A DNA stretch of 64,000 nucleotides. It comes from an uncultured Acidobacteriota bacterium (GTDB lineage Bacteria; Acidobacteriota; Thermoanaerobaculia; UBA5066; Gp7-AA6). This document shows, piece by piece, positions 1 through 9,655 of the stretch. Each line of letters begins with the position of its first letter. Positions within the stretch are counted from its first letter, which is position 1. The stretch spans positions 146,112 through 210,111 of the forward strand of contig CAVXTP010000017.1 in the NCBI GenBank assembly GCA_963764715.1, written 5' to 3'. Below the pieces are notes generated by a model. That model was given only the letters and a program-made list of their open reading frames with translations. It was not told the origin of the DNA and searched no databases. The position numbers and the translations under genes are program-made.

Positions 1-1836
1 CGGCCCGACGTAGAGGAGCCGCGGCGAGAGGTCCACCTCCGGGATCGGCATCCAGGAAAAGCCGAGGCTCGCGCCGTTCTCGGGCCGGCGCAGCAGCGGG
101 TCTCCGGTCGCGAGGTCCTCGGTCTTCAGGTACATGTACGTCGCGTTCACCGCGAGCCGCGGAAGGACCGTCTGCTGCCAGCCGAGCTCGACGCCGTACG
201 TGCGCGCGTGCCCGACGTTGAAGTTCTGGAAGGCCGCGAAGTCGTACACGATCAGGTCCGTCAGGTCGTTCCAGAAGACCGAGACCTCGGCCCGGCCGCC
301 GTCGAAGTAGCGCTCCGCGCCGACCTCCGCCGAGACCGACCGCTCGGGCTTCAGGTCCGGGTTCCCGCTGAAGGGGTAGTAGAGCTCGCCGATCGAGGGC
401 GCGCGAAACCCCGTGCCGCCCGAGGCGCGCACCTTCCAGAGCTTGTCGGAGGAGAGCCACGAGATCGTCCCGCGCGGGCTCCAGGCGTCGCCGTAGGTCG
501 AGTAGTGGTCGTAGCGCAGGCCCGCCGCGAACGTGAACGCGCCGAACGTCACGGAGTCCTGGGCGCCGAGGCCCCAGAGCGTCGTCCGATCGTCGTCGAG
601 GTTGATCCCGAAGTTGCTCTCGTCGCTGACCTGCCAGCGCTGCCACGACGCGAAGGCCGTCAGCGTGTGGGCTCCGAGCCTCGCCGTGTCCGACACGTTG
701 GCCTGCAGCGTCTGCGCGTCGGTCTGCGAGGCATAGCCGCCGGCGGTGTCGCGGTAGGAAGGCTCGGAGCGCACGCCCGCGAGGTTGACGTCGAGCCGGT
801 TCGAGTCGGAGAGGGCAAACGAGCCGGGGACCGACAGCCGCGTTTCGTGGGTCGTGCCGCGCGCCGTGCTCGGCAAACCGAGCGGGCCCGGGTTGCCGAC
901 CTCGCCGTCGTTCAGGCCCCACTCGATGCCGATGCGGCTCTTCTCGGAGAGACGCGCCTGGAGGCTGGCCGAGCCGTTGCGCTGGCGCCAGTCGCTGTTG
1001 GGGCGGTCGCCGTCGAACGCCACGTACCGGTAGCTCGCCGTCGCGGTGATCGGCCCGTCTCCCGCCGAGACGAAAGCCGAGCCCTGCCCCTGGCCCTCGT
1101 TGCCGGCCTCCCCCGTCGCCCGTCCCGAGACGCCGTCCGACCCCGGGCGCGTGAAGATCTGCACGACGCCGCCGATCGCATCCGAGCCGTAGAGCGCCGA
1201 GTACGGGCCGCGCGCGATCTCGATCCGCTCGATGTTCTCGGTCGTCATGCCCGACCAGTCGTAGCCCGAAAAATACGGCGAGTTCATCCGCACGCCGTCG
1301 ACCAGGACGAGCGTCTGCGTCGAGTTGGTGCCGCGGGTGAAGAGCGAGGTCAGCGAGCCCGGCGTCCCGTAGCGCACGACGTCGAGGCCCGGGACCGAGC
1401 GCAGGACGTCCGACACGACCGCCGACTCGTGCTTCTCGAGCTCCTCGCGCGTCACGACCGTGATCGCCGAGCCGACCTCCGTCTCGTCCTCCGGCACCGA
1501 GGTCGCCGTGACGACGATGCTCTCGGAGGCGGGCGGGACCTGTTGCGCGAAGACGGGGCCCGCCGCCGCGAAGAGGACGGCGGCGGTGGCAAACGCCCGC
1601 ACGCGACGGCGGCGCGACAGAGCGTCGAGGCCGAAGAGCGTCGCCGTGCCGAGTTTCTGGTGCGTTGCCCGTTTCGGGCCCCGGTACGTAGGGGCGGGGC
1701 TTGTCCCCGCCCGAGGGCGGCCACGAGGGCCGCCCCTGCGACCGAAGCAAGTCGCGAAGAAGAAGGAGAAGAAGGGTGGATGGGGAACGAGCCGGGACAG
1801 GGCGCCGAGCAGAACCAGCAGGATGGCAGTCGTCAT
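1..1836 (-). CDS. TonB-dependent outer-membrane receptor, BtuB-like (3' end runs off the window; unusual N-terminal extension)
   Basis: ATG at 1836 with SD GGGAGG. TonB-box-like ESIVVTAT, plug-type sequence and barrel-type LLRRP...LSPRLLYVG read in the same frame (both ends translated by hand). Lies downstream of a cobalamin riboswitch. Alternative start GTG 1602. Confidence 0.85.
   Translation of the reverse strand, partial: MTTAILLVLLGALSRLVPHPPFFSFFFATCFGRRGGPRGRPRAGTSPAPTYRGPKRATHQKLGTATLFGLDALSRRRRVRAFATAAVLFAAAGPVFAQQVPPASESIVVTATSVPEDETEVGSAITVVTREELEKHESAVVSDVLRSVPGLDVVRYGTPGSLTSLFTRGTNSTQTLVLVDGVRMNSPYFSGYDWSGMTTENIERIEIARGPYSALYGSDAIGGVVQIFTRPGSDGVSGRATGEAGNEGQGQGSAFVSAGDGPITATASYRYVAFDGDRPNSDWRQRNGSASLQARLSEKSRIGIEWGLNDGEVGNPGPLGLPSTARGTTHETRLSVPGSFALSDSNRLDVNLAGVRSEPSYRDTAGGYASQTDAQTLQANVSDTARLGAHTLTAFASWQRWQVSDESNFGINLDDDRTTLWGLGAQDSVTFGAFTFAAGLRYDHYSTYGDAWSPRGTISWLSSDKLWKVRASGGTGFRAPSIGELYYPFSGNPDLKPERSVSAEVGAERYFDGGRAEVSVFWNDLTDLIVYDFAAFQNFNVGHARTYGVELGWQQTVLPRLAVNATYMYLKTEDLATGDPLLRRPENGASLGFSWMPIPEVDLSPRLLYVGP
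1688..1739. repeat. GTAG-type REP doublet inside the btuB-like reading frame
   Basis: GTAGGGGCGGGGCTTGTCCCCGCCC followed by inverted partner GGGCGGCCACGAGGGCCGCCCCTGC. Confidence 0.85.
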
Positions 1837-1947
1837 TCGAACCTCCCGTTCGACAGGACGGATCTCTCGAACGGTTCGAGAAGCGTCCCGCGCCCCGGGA
1901 ATTCGAAGGCGCGTCTCTCGTGTGGCCCCGTCCGAGAAGCGTGTCGT

Positions 1948-2143
1948 TCGGCAGGTCTCCTGGCTTCCGGATCGACCGCCTGCGGGCTCCTTCCCGGCTG
2001 CGCAACCGGCGTGTGCCGATCTCTCGCATCCAGTGGTTTGCCGCCCGAGGCGTCCCCGGTGACAGTGGCGGGGGCCGCGTGGGATTCACACCCACTTCCC
2101 TTGGCCGAACGAGTCAAAGAGCGCGAAGGGCTGGAACCATAAC
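1948..2143 (-). promoter_or_regulatory. Cobalamin (B12) riboswitch
   Basis: Minus strand reads AAGGGAAGTGGGTGTGAATCCCACGCGGCCCCCGCCACTGT...GGGAAG...AGCCAGGAGACCTGCC, the conserved B12-element core and B12 box. Confidence 0.95.
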
Positions 2144-2187
2144 GCCTCGTCCGCCTCCGCGCAACCTCCGCATAGAATGCCGCCAGA

Positions 2188-2967
2188 ATGCGGGGCCCCG
2201 ACTACACGCTCGACCTCGATCGCCTCCGGCGCGTCGGCTTCCCGGAGGTCGTGCTCGCGCAGGGAAAGAGCGCGGAGCAGGTCGTCGAGATCTGCCGACA
2301 GCTCTCCCGGGCGCACGACGTGCTCGTCACGCGGCTCTCCCCCGACGCCTGGGCCGAGGTCGCGGTCTCGCCGCTGCCGGGGCGGGCCGACTACGATCCG
2401 CGCTCCGAAACCCTGCACCTCTCGGTCGGGAAGCCCATGCCCCGCGTCGAGGGCTCGGTCGCAATCGTCACGGCCGGCACCTCCGACATGCCGGTCGCGC
2501 TCGAGGCGCGGCGCGCGCTCGAGTACCTCGGCGTCGCCTCGGCGATCGTTCCGGACGTGGGCGTCGCCGGCGTGCTGCGGCTCCTCTCGCGCCTCGAGGA
2601 GATCGAGCGCGCCGAAGTCATCCTCGCCGTCGCCGGCATGGAGGCCTCGCTCTTCTCGGTCATCGCCGGCCTCGTCGGCAAGCCCATCATCGCCGTGCCC
2701 ACCTCGCGCGGGTACGGCGCCGCCTTCGGCGGGCTCGCCTCGCTTCTCTCCGCCGTCAACTCCTGCGCCAACGGAGTGACGGCGGTCAACATCGACTCCG
2801 GCTACGCCGCTGCCATGGCGGCCTACCGGATACTCTCGGGAGGGCCTCGCCGATGGGACCGAAAGGAAAAAGAGCCGACAGCGCCAAAGACTACGTCCAC
2901 GCCGCCGGCGTCGGCGTCGACCGCCGGCGGAAAAAAGCGCTCCTCGGCCGCCCGACGACGCCGGTAA
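2188..2967 (+). CDS. larB: LarB-like AIR carboxylase family protein (nickel-pincer cofactor carboxylase homolog)
   Basis: GFPEVVLAQGKS, AGTSDMPVA, DVGVAG, AGMEASL, AVPTSRGYG, NSCANG and VNIDSG motifs. Confidence 0.85.
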   Translation: MRGPDYTLDLDRLRRVGFPEVVLAQGKSAEQVVEICRQLSRAHDVLVTRLSPDAWAEVAVSPLPGRADYDPRSETLHLSVGKPMPRVEGSVAIVTAGTSDMPVALEARRALEYLGVASAIVPDVGVAGVLRLLSRLEEIERAEVILAVAGMEASLFSVIAGLVGKPIIAVPTSRGYGAAFGGLASLLSAVNSCANGVTAVNIDSGYAAAMAAYRILSGGPRRWDRKEKEPTAPKTTSTPPASASTAGGKKRSSAARRRR

Positions 2968-3971
2968 AGATCCGCAAGTCGACCACCGTCTCCCAGCTCC
3001 TCGATTCCTACCGCGACGCTTCGTTCCAGGCGAGGGCCCTCGGCAAGGCGGCCGCGGTCTTCGAGGGAATGCTCCGCGACCGCCAGCGGCCGACCATCAT
3101 GCTGGGCCTCGCCGGGTCGCTCATCGCGGCCGGCATGCGCCAGGTCATCGTCGACCTGATCCAGGAAAACATGGTCGACGTCGTCGTCTCGACCGGCGCG
3201 ATCATCTCGCAGGACTACTACCAGGTCCTCGGCGGCCGCCACTACCACGGCCACGCCGACGCCGACGACAAGGAGCTGCGCGACCTCTACATCGACCGGC
3301 TCTACGACACCTTCATCGACGAGGAGAAGTACTGGGCGACCGACCTCGCCGTCTCCCGGTTCGCGGATTCGCTCGCGGGCCAGTCGATGTCCTCGCGCCA
3401 GTTCCTGGCGCTCCTGGCGCAGAAGGCGCGCCGAGACAAGGGCTCGATCCTCGGCGCCTGCGCGCGCCACGGCGTGCCCCTCTTCGTGCCGGCCCTGAAC
3501 GACTCGTCGATCGGCATCGGCCTGACCGAGCACTACCACCGGGCGCGCCAGGAGGGCCGCGAGCCCTTCCGGATCTCCTCGATCGCCGACAACTACGAGC
3601 TCACCCAGATCGTCGTGAAGAGCTCCGCGACCGCCGCCGTCTACGTCTCGGGCGGCGTCCCGAAGAACTACATCAACGACTCGATCGTGATGTCCTACAT
3701 CTTCGGGCTCGACACCGGCGGCCACAAGTACGCCCTCCAGATCACGACCGACGCGCCGCACTGGGGCGGCCTCGGCGGCTCGACGCTCTCGGAAGCGACT
3801 TCGTGGGGCAAGGTCGCGAAGAAGGCGACGCACGAGATGGCCTTCATCGAGACGTCGGTGGCCCTGCCGCTCCTCTACGGCTACGCCTTCCAGAAGAACG
3901 CGGCGAAGGGACGCACGCGCCTCGCCTACGACTGGCGCGGCGACATCCTCAAGTCCCTCAAGCGGGTATAG
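2853..3971 (+). CDS. Deoxyhypusine synthase family protein (possible homospermidine synthase)
   Basis: FQARALG, AGMR, VVSTGA, DSSIG, GGVPKN and EATSWGK with the catalytic Lys. ATG 2853 preceded by GGAGG. Confidence 0.9.
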   Translation: MGPKGKRADSAKDYVHAAGVGVDRRRKKALLGRPTTPVKIRKSTTVSQLLDSYRDASFQARALGKAAAVFEGMLRDRQRPTIMLGLAGSLIAAGMRQVIVDLIQENMVDVVVSTGAIISQDYYQVLGGRHYHGHADADDKELRDLYIDRLYDTFIDEEKYWATDLAVSRFADSLAGQSMSSRQFLALLAQKARRDKGSILGACARHGVPLFVPALNDSSIGIGLTEHYHRARQEGREPFRISSIADNYELTQIVVKSSATAAVYVSGGVPKNYINDSIVMSYIFGLDTGGHKYALQITTDAPHWGGLGGSTLSEATSWGKVAKKATHEMAFIETSVALPLLYGYAFQKNAAKGRTRLAYDWRGDILKSLKRV

Positions 3972-3977
3972 CGGGCG

Positions 3978-4562
3978 ATGCGCGAGCTCGGCCGCGTCGT
4001 CCGCCTGCAGGTCCAGACCGGCGGCCTCAAGCGCGGCGAGCGGCCGAACCGCGTCTACGACCCGGGACCGCTCCTGGCCGTGACGGAGCTCCTGCTGACG
4101 CCCCGGGGCACCGCGGGCGCGATGCCGCACGGCGAGGTCGTCCTCGACGTGCACCACGCAGACCATCCCGCGTCGAAAGCGGCCCCCGGCCGCGAGGCAT
4201 CCTTCGGCTTCACCAGCCACTACGCGAAGATGCACGAGCGCTTCGGGGACCGGATGGTCCCCGGCTGCGCGGGCGAGAACATCCTCGTCGAAGCGCCGGA
4301 GATCCACCGCCTCGAGGACTTCGCCCGCGGGCTCGCGTTCCGAAGCGCCTCGACCGGCGCGCTCCTGCGGCTCGCGGCGGTCTCGGTCGCCGAGCCCTGC
4401 GTGGAGTTCTCGCGCTTCTCGCTCGGCGAGGCGGAGTCGTCCCCGCAGGACCTGAAGCCCGTCCTCCAGTTCCTCGGGGAAGGGCTTCGCGGCTACTGCT
4501 TCACGCCCGCCGCCGACTTCACGCTGCGCCCGGGCGACGCCCTCGTGGCCGCGGCACGCTGA
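3978..4562 (+). CDS. MOSC-domain-like protein
   Basis: GENILV and EPC motifs, C-terminal LRPGD. Confidence 0.6.
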   Translation: MRELGRVVRLQVQTGGLKRGERPNRVYDPGPLLAVTELLLTPRGTAGAMPHGEVVLDVHHADHPASKAAPGREASFGFTSHYAKMHERFGDRMVPGCAGENILVEAPEIHRLEDFARGLAFRSASTGALLRLAAVSVAEPCVEFSRFSLGEAESSPQDLKPVLQFLGEGLRGYCFTPAADFTLRPGDALVAAAR

Positions 4563-4566
4563 CGCC

Positions 4567-5181
4567 GTGCGCGCCATCGTCCGCATCGTCCCCTGGGTCC
4601 TGGCGCTCTTCTTCGCGGCGGCGAGCGCCGCGCTGATCGTCCGCCTCGCGACGACCGTGCGCGAGTCGCGCCGCGTCGAGGCCGCCCCCGTCGTCGAGGC
4701 GATCCGGAAGATCGCGCACCTCGCGACGGTCGAGGCGCAGATCACGGACGTCCTGCGCTTCGAAGAGGTCAAGACGTTCCTGATCTTCGACTTCCCGAAG
4801 ACCGCGACGATCCGCATGCGCGGCAAGGCGATCGCGGGCTTCGATCTCGCGTCGCCCGACTTTCGCGTCCGGCCCGACGAAGAGCGGCGGGTGCTGACGG
4901 TCGAGCTTCCGCCGCCGCGCATCCTCGCGATCGATCCGCGACTCGAGTGGTTCGACGAGTCGAGCGGCCTCTTCAATCCCATCACGCCGCAGGACCGGAC
5001 GCGCTGGATGCTCTGGGCCCGTGGCCAGCTCGCGCGCGCCGCGAAGAACTCCGGGATCGAGGCCCGCGCCGTCGAGCACGCGCAGGAGCTCCTCTCGACG
5101 GCCGGCGCGGCGCTCGGCTGGACGGTGCGGGTGAGCGCCGGGCCGAGCGGCGCGAACGCGACCCCGGTGCCGACGCCGTAG
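4567..5181 (+). CDS. DUF4230-like membrane-anchored protein
   Basis: N-terminal TM helix, LATVE, AGFDL, LPPPRIL. Confidence 0.7.
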   Translation: MRAIVRIVPWVLALFFAAASAALIVRLATTVRESRRVEAAPVVEAIRKIAHLATVEAQITDVLRFEEVKTFLIFDFPKTATIRMRGKAIAGFDLASPDFRVRPDEERRVLTVELPPPRILAIDPRLEWFDESSGLFNPITPQDRTRWMLWARGQLARAAKNSGIEARAVEHAQELLSTAGAALGWTVRVSAGPSGANATPVPTP

Positions 5182-5197
5182 GGAGGGCGCCGGGGCC

Positions 5198-5343
5198 GTA
5201 GGGGCGGGGCTTGTTCCCGCACTCGTGCATCTCGCCATATCCGAACGGAGGGCGCCCACGAGGGGCGCCCCTACGACCGTGACCGGATTCCGCCACCCGG
5301 CAAATTACGAGCCCCGTCGTAGGGGCGGGGCTTGTCCCCGCCC
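5198..5343. repeat. Cluster of GTAG-type REP palindromes
   Basis: Doublet at 5198-5274 and singlet at 5319-5343, between convergent genes. Confidence 0.85.
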
Positions 5344-5347
5344 TCTG

Positions 5348-5379
5348 AAAACAAAAACGCCCCGGTTGCCCGGGGCGTT
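5348..5379 (-). terminator. Rho-independent terminator
   Basis: Stem AACGCCCCGG/CCGGGGCGTT with 4-nt loop, followed by TTTGTTTT on the minus strand after the DUF1573 gene. Confidence 0.8.
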
Positions 5380-5400
5380 CGAATTCCGGATCAGTGCGCC

Positions 5401-6496
5401 TTACAGCGCTTCGCCCTTGAGCGGGATCTCGATGACGCTCTTCTCCTTGTCGGTCGTGTGGAGCGTGACCTTGCCGTCGACGGCGCCCTTCTTCACCTTG
5501 TCCGAGGCCTTGACGACGACGGTGTAGGAAACGCCCTCCTGGGTCGGCACGACGTCGGTCATGAAGCCCGGGATCGAGACCTCGGCCTTCGTGACCTTGA
5601 CCGGCGTTCCCGGCTTGTTGTTCGTCACGACGATGTTGCGGGTGATGGGGTCCTTGCCCGCCGTGAAGTTGCCGAAGTTGACCGTGATCGGCGAGACCGA
5701 GACGCGCGGCCGCACGATGCCCGAGACCGGGATCTCGAGGGTCGGCTGCTGCTGGACGCCGGTCGTGACGCGGACCGGGGCGTTCAGGAGGCCTTCGGGA
5801 GCGTCGGGCAGCACCGAGACGTTCAGCTTGTACTGGTCGCCCGGACGCCCGGCGATCTTGTCCTTGTCGCCGGCCGGCGAGATCTCGGCCTTGACGTACG
5901 GCTGGGCGGTCTCGGCGACGGTCGGCTTGAAGCCCTTCTCCTCGGAGATCAGGATGACGTCCTGCGAGGCCGGGTCGCCCTTGACGACCGAGAAGCGCAC
6001 GTACTGCTGGGGAGCGACGTCGACGAAAGGCTTGACGACCGCCTTGACGAAGAGGTTCATCTGCGGGCGGTCGGGGTCGTTCGAGACGACGAGGACCGAC
6101 TTGGAGATCGGCCCCGAGAAGCTCTTGGTGTCGACACTCGTGTGGACCTTGCCCTCGGTTCCGGGCTTGATGACCTTGTCGAAGGAGGAGACCGTGCAGC
6201 CGCAGGAGGGACGGGCGTCCGAGATGATCAGGTCCGAGCCGCCCGAGTTCTTGATCACGAAGTCGGTCTCGATGACCTGGCCCTTCGGGACCGTGCCCAT
6301 GTCTTTGGTCTCCTGACCGATGTCGATCTTGGGGGCGGCGACCGCCTTGCCGGCCGCCGGGGCCTTCGCGGCCGCCTGGGGCGCCGGGGACGCCGATGCC
6401 GCCGACTTCGACTCGGCGGGCTTCTGGGCCAGAGGCCACCCCGGCCGTCAGGAGCGCGGCGAACGCGAGCCGGCCGATTTTCAGGACATGACGCAT
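5401..6496 (-). CDS. Secreted DUF1573 / Ig-like domain protein (+1 frameshift near 6434)
   Basis: PSCGCT and IKPG motifs. Signal peptide MRHVLKIGRLAFAALL at ATG 6496 with SD AGGAGG joins the main frame if one C is removed. Confidence 0.75.
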
Positions 6497-6599
6497 CTTC
6501 AGTTTCCTCCTGTATTTCGGGATGCCGAAGCGCTGAAACCCTCGAAATTTCGGGGTTATTTCCGAAAACCGTCTAATTAGACCAGACTCCGCGGGCGAG

Positions 6600-8000
6600 A
6601 TGTCGGAAATCCGCCGGTTCCACTTCGTCCCCATCGGCGGGACGGCCATGGTCCCCCTCGCGGCCCTGCTCCTCGAGGAAGGCCATCGGGTCACCGGAAG
6701 CGACCTGAAGCTCTATCCGCCCATGTCGACCACCCTGGAACGGCTCGGCATCCCGGTCGCCGAGGGGTTCGCCGCCGGCCACGTCCCGGAGGACTGCGAC
6801 GTAGTCGTCGTCGGGAACGCCGCCTCGCGGGACAACGTCGAGGCGAGCGAGGCGACGCGGCGGGGCCTGCCTGTCCTCTCCCTGCCACAGGCGATCCGCC
6901 AGTACCTCCTGCCCGGGAAGACCTCGGTCGTGATCACCGGCACGCACGGGAAGACGACGACCACGGCCCTGACCTCGTGGCTGCTCCTCGACGCCGGCCG
7001 CGACCCGGGCTTCATCGTCGGCGGGCAGATGCAGAACCTCGGCCGCGGCTACCGCCGGGGGGCCGGGCCGCATTTCGTGCTCGAAGGCGACGAGTACAAC
7101 GCGGCGTACTTCGACCGCGGGCCGAAGTTCCTCCACTACGAGCCGAAGCACCTCTTCGTCGGCAACATCGAGTACGACCACGCCGACCTCTACCCGGACC
7201 TCCCGTCGATCGTCGAGGCGTTCCGCCAGGTCGTGCGCATCGTTCCGGAGGGCGGAACGATCGTCGTCAACGCCGACGACCCGCGCGTCGTGGACGTCGC
7301 GAAGGACGCGCGCGCGGCGGTCGTCCGCGTGTCGCTCGACGATCCCGGCGCCGACTTCTCGGCGCGCGACATCGTGTTCGGCCCGGAGGGCACGCAGTTC
7401 ACGCTCCTCGAAGCGGGGCTGCCGACCGCGCGGCTCGCCTCGCCCCTCTCCGGCGTCCACAACGTCCGCAACGCTCTCGGCGCGATCGCGCTCGTGCGCG
7501 GCCTCGGGCTCTCCTCGACCGAGGTCGCGCGCTCGCTCCCCCGCTTCGGGGGCGTCAAGCGCCGGCTCGAGGTCAAGGGCGAGAAGAACGGCATCCTCGT
7601 CGTGGACGACTTCGCCCACCATCCGACGGCCGTCGCCGGGACGCTCCTCGCCGCGCGCGCGAAGTTCCCGGGCCGCCGGATCTGGGCGCTCTTCGAGCCT
7701 CGCTCGAACACGGCGGGACGGAAGGTCTTCGAGGAGGAGTATGCCGAGGCTTTCGCCGGAGCCGACGCCGTCGTCCTCGCTCCGGTCTTCCACGCGCAGC
7801 GCCTGACGCCCGACAAGCAGATCGACCGGGCCGCGCTCGCCTCCCGGTTCTCGGCCGCCGGCAAGCCGGCCTTCGCGCCCGGCTCGATCGACGAGATCCC
7901 CGGGATCCTCCGGCGCGAAGCGCGCGCGGGCGACGTGCTCCTGCTGATGTCCTCGGGCGCCTTCGGAGGTCTGCCCGAGACGCTGCTCGACCGGTTGTGA
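6600..8000 (+). CDS. mpl: Murein peptide ligase Mpl (MurC family)
   Basis: IGGTAM, GSD, GTHGKTTT, EGDEY, DHAD, DDFAHHP, FEPRSNT. Confidence 0.9.
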   Translation: MSEIRRFHFVPIGGTAMVPLAALLLEEGHRVTGSDLKLYPPMSTTLERLGIPVAEGFAAGHVPEDCDVVVVGNAASRDNVEASEATRRGLPVLSLPQAIRQYLLPGKTSVVITGTHGKTTTTALTSWLLLDAGRDPGFIVGGQMQNLGRGYRRGAGPHFVLEGDEYNAAYFDRGPKFLHYEPKHLFVGNIEYDHADLYPDLPSIVEAFRQVVRIVPEGGTIVVNADDPRVVDVAKDARAAVVRVSLDDPGADFSARDIVFGPEGTQFTLLEAGLPTARLASPLSGVHNVRNALGAIALVRGLGLSSTEVARSLPRFGGVKRRLEVKGEKNGILVVDDFAHHPTAVAGTLLAARAKFPGRRIWALFEPRSNTAGRKVFEEEYAEAFAGADAVVLAPVFHAQRLTPDKQIDRAALASRFSAAGKPAFAPGSIDEIPGILRREARAGDVLLLMSSGAFGGLPETLLDRL

Positions 8001-9655
8001 GCCGTCGCCGGATTCTCGTCGCCATCCTGGGAGTCGCGGGACTCGCGCTCTACCTCTGGCCGGCCCTGACCGCGCCCGTCGTCCTGTGGTCCGACAGCGA
8101 GATCGATCTTGCTTGGGCCAGGGCAGGACAAGGGATCGTGACGCCAGCGGGAACCCCAGGGCACGCCGCAAAACCGGGCTATCTCCTTTTCTTGCGCGTC
8201 GCTCTGGCGCTCGGCGGAGGAACGCCGCGGGGGGTCGTCGTCTTTCAGTCGATCCTGGTCGTCGGCGCGATCATGGTCGCCTCCTTTCTCGTGGGCCGCC
8301 GCTACGGCCTCGGATTCGGAACCGCCTTTTATGCCCTCGAGTTGTTTTTCCTCCGCACGCGGGATGCCGCCAGCTCCGTCATGAGCGAGTCCCTCTCGGC
8401 GGCAATCTTCCTGCTCGTCGTCGTCGCCCTGCTGGAGCCGCCCCGGCGGCGGTCCGCCCTGGCGGCGCTCGGACTCGCTGTTGGCTTCCTCTTCCTGGTC
8501 CGGCCCAACGTCGGCGCCGCGGCTGGCCTGCTCGCTGCAGCGAGGCTCGCCGCGGAGCGCGAAACGTGGCGGGGACTCGCGGTCTTCGACGCGACCGCGG
8601 CCGCACTCGTTCTGCCAATCTGGCTCGCCACCGCGGGAGGCTCCGCCGCCGGGACCCGCGGCCTCGCTTTTCAGGTCCTCGAGGCGAGCGTCGACGACCT
8701 GTGGACGCCGGAACTCGGCCGGATCTTTCGCGAAGGCGCGCCGAACGACATCGCGCGCAAATGGCAACGCGAGGCCTTGTCCCGGTGGCGCGCGACCATC
8801 GCGCGCGGAGGGCCCGACGCGACGCGCCAGATCGTCTGGAGGCTGACGCACGGGTTGCTCGGGACCGAGTTTTACGACGCGACTTGGTCACCCGCTTACC
8901 GCGCCTTCTCCACGATCTCGCGCCTCGCGGCGCCTTTCTTGGTACTTGCCGCAGCCGGCTTCCTGGTAGCCCTGCCCTGGCGCGGCGAGACAGGGAAGCT
9001 CAAGACGCTCGGGATCCTTCTGCTCGCCCTGCTCTTGATTCAGAATCTCGTCATCGGTTCGCTCCCGCGCTATGTCCTGCCGATGATTCCGGCTCTCCTC
9101 GGCCTCGGACTCCTCGCGGCCCGTGCGCTCGGTCGCTCTTCGCTGCCGCGGCTGGTGTTGGCCGCCGCCATGTTTCTCCTCGCCGTTGCCGCACTAAGGC
9201 GCTTTCCGTCCGGTCTCGGATGGGAATGGGGCCGCTTGGCAGAGGCCGGCGAGCGAATCGCGTTCCGCGTCCCGCGCGCCGCCCTTCCTCGGAGCGGCCC
9301 GGCGGTGCTCCACCTTCGCGTCGCCCCTTCGTTGCTGCCGACACTCGCCGACGCCTCGATCGTCGACGCCTCGGGACTCGTCCTGCCCAAAGTCCCGTCG
9401 GGTTCCGAACCGATTCGCGCGGAATTGGCCGTCGCCCTTCCTGAAGGCCTGCTTCGTGCCAATCTTGATTCCGATCTCGACTTCGAGCTCGTCGCCACCG
9501 GCGACTACGGGCCGGTTCACTACATGCTCTTTCCCGTGATTCCCCGGCCGTTCAAAGGCCAGGCACGACGCCTGCCCTCCGGCGAGCTCTCACCAACGAC
9601 TGGGATCGCCGCCGGCGGACTCGACTGGTGGGCGCACGGGCCTCCGATTCCTTAG
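7997..9655 (+). CDS. Polytopic membrane protein, GT-C (ArnT/PMT-like) glycosyltransferase candidate
   Basis: Many TM helices, DSE loop after TM1, KPGY, MSESL, LVRPN, PRY. GTG start overlaps the mpl stop. Confidence 0.6.
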   Translation: MSRRRILVAILGVAGLALYLWPALTAPVVLWSDSEIDLAWARAGQGIVTPAGTPGHAAKPGYLLFLRVALALGGGTPRGVVVFQSILVVGAIMVASFLVGRRYGLGFGTAFYALELFFLRTRDAASSVMSESLSAAIFLLVVVALLEPPRRRSALAALGLAVGFLFLVRPNVGAAAGLLAAARLAAERETWRGLAVFDATAAALVLPIWLATAGGSAAGTRGLAFQVLEASVDDLWTPELGRIFREGAPNDIARKWQREALSRWRATIARGGPDATRQIVWRLTHGLLGTEFYDATWSPAYRAFSTISRLAAPFLVLAAAGFLVALPWRGETGKLKTLGILLLALLLIQNLVIGSLPRYVLPMIPALLGLGLLAARALGRSSLPRLVLAAAMFLLAVAALRRFPSGLGWEWGRLAEAGERIAFRVPRAALPRSGPAVLHLRVAPSLLPTLADASIVDASGLVLPKVPSGSEPIRAELAVALPEGLLRANLDSDLDFELVATGDYGPVHYMLFPVIPRPFKGQARRLPSGELSPTTGIAAGGLDWWAHGPPIP

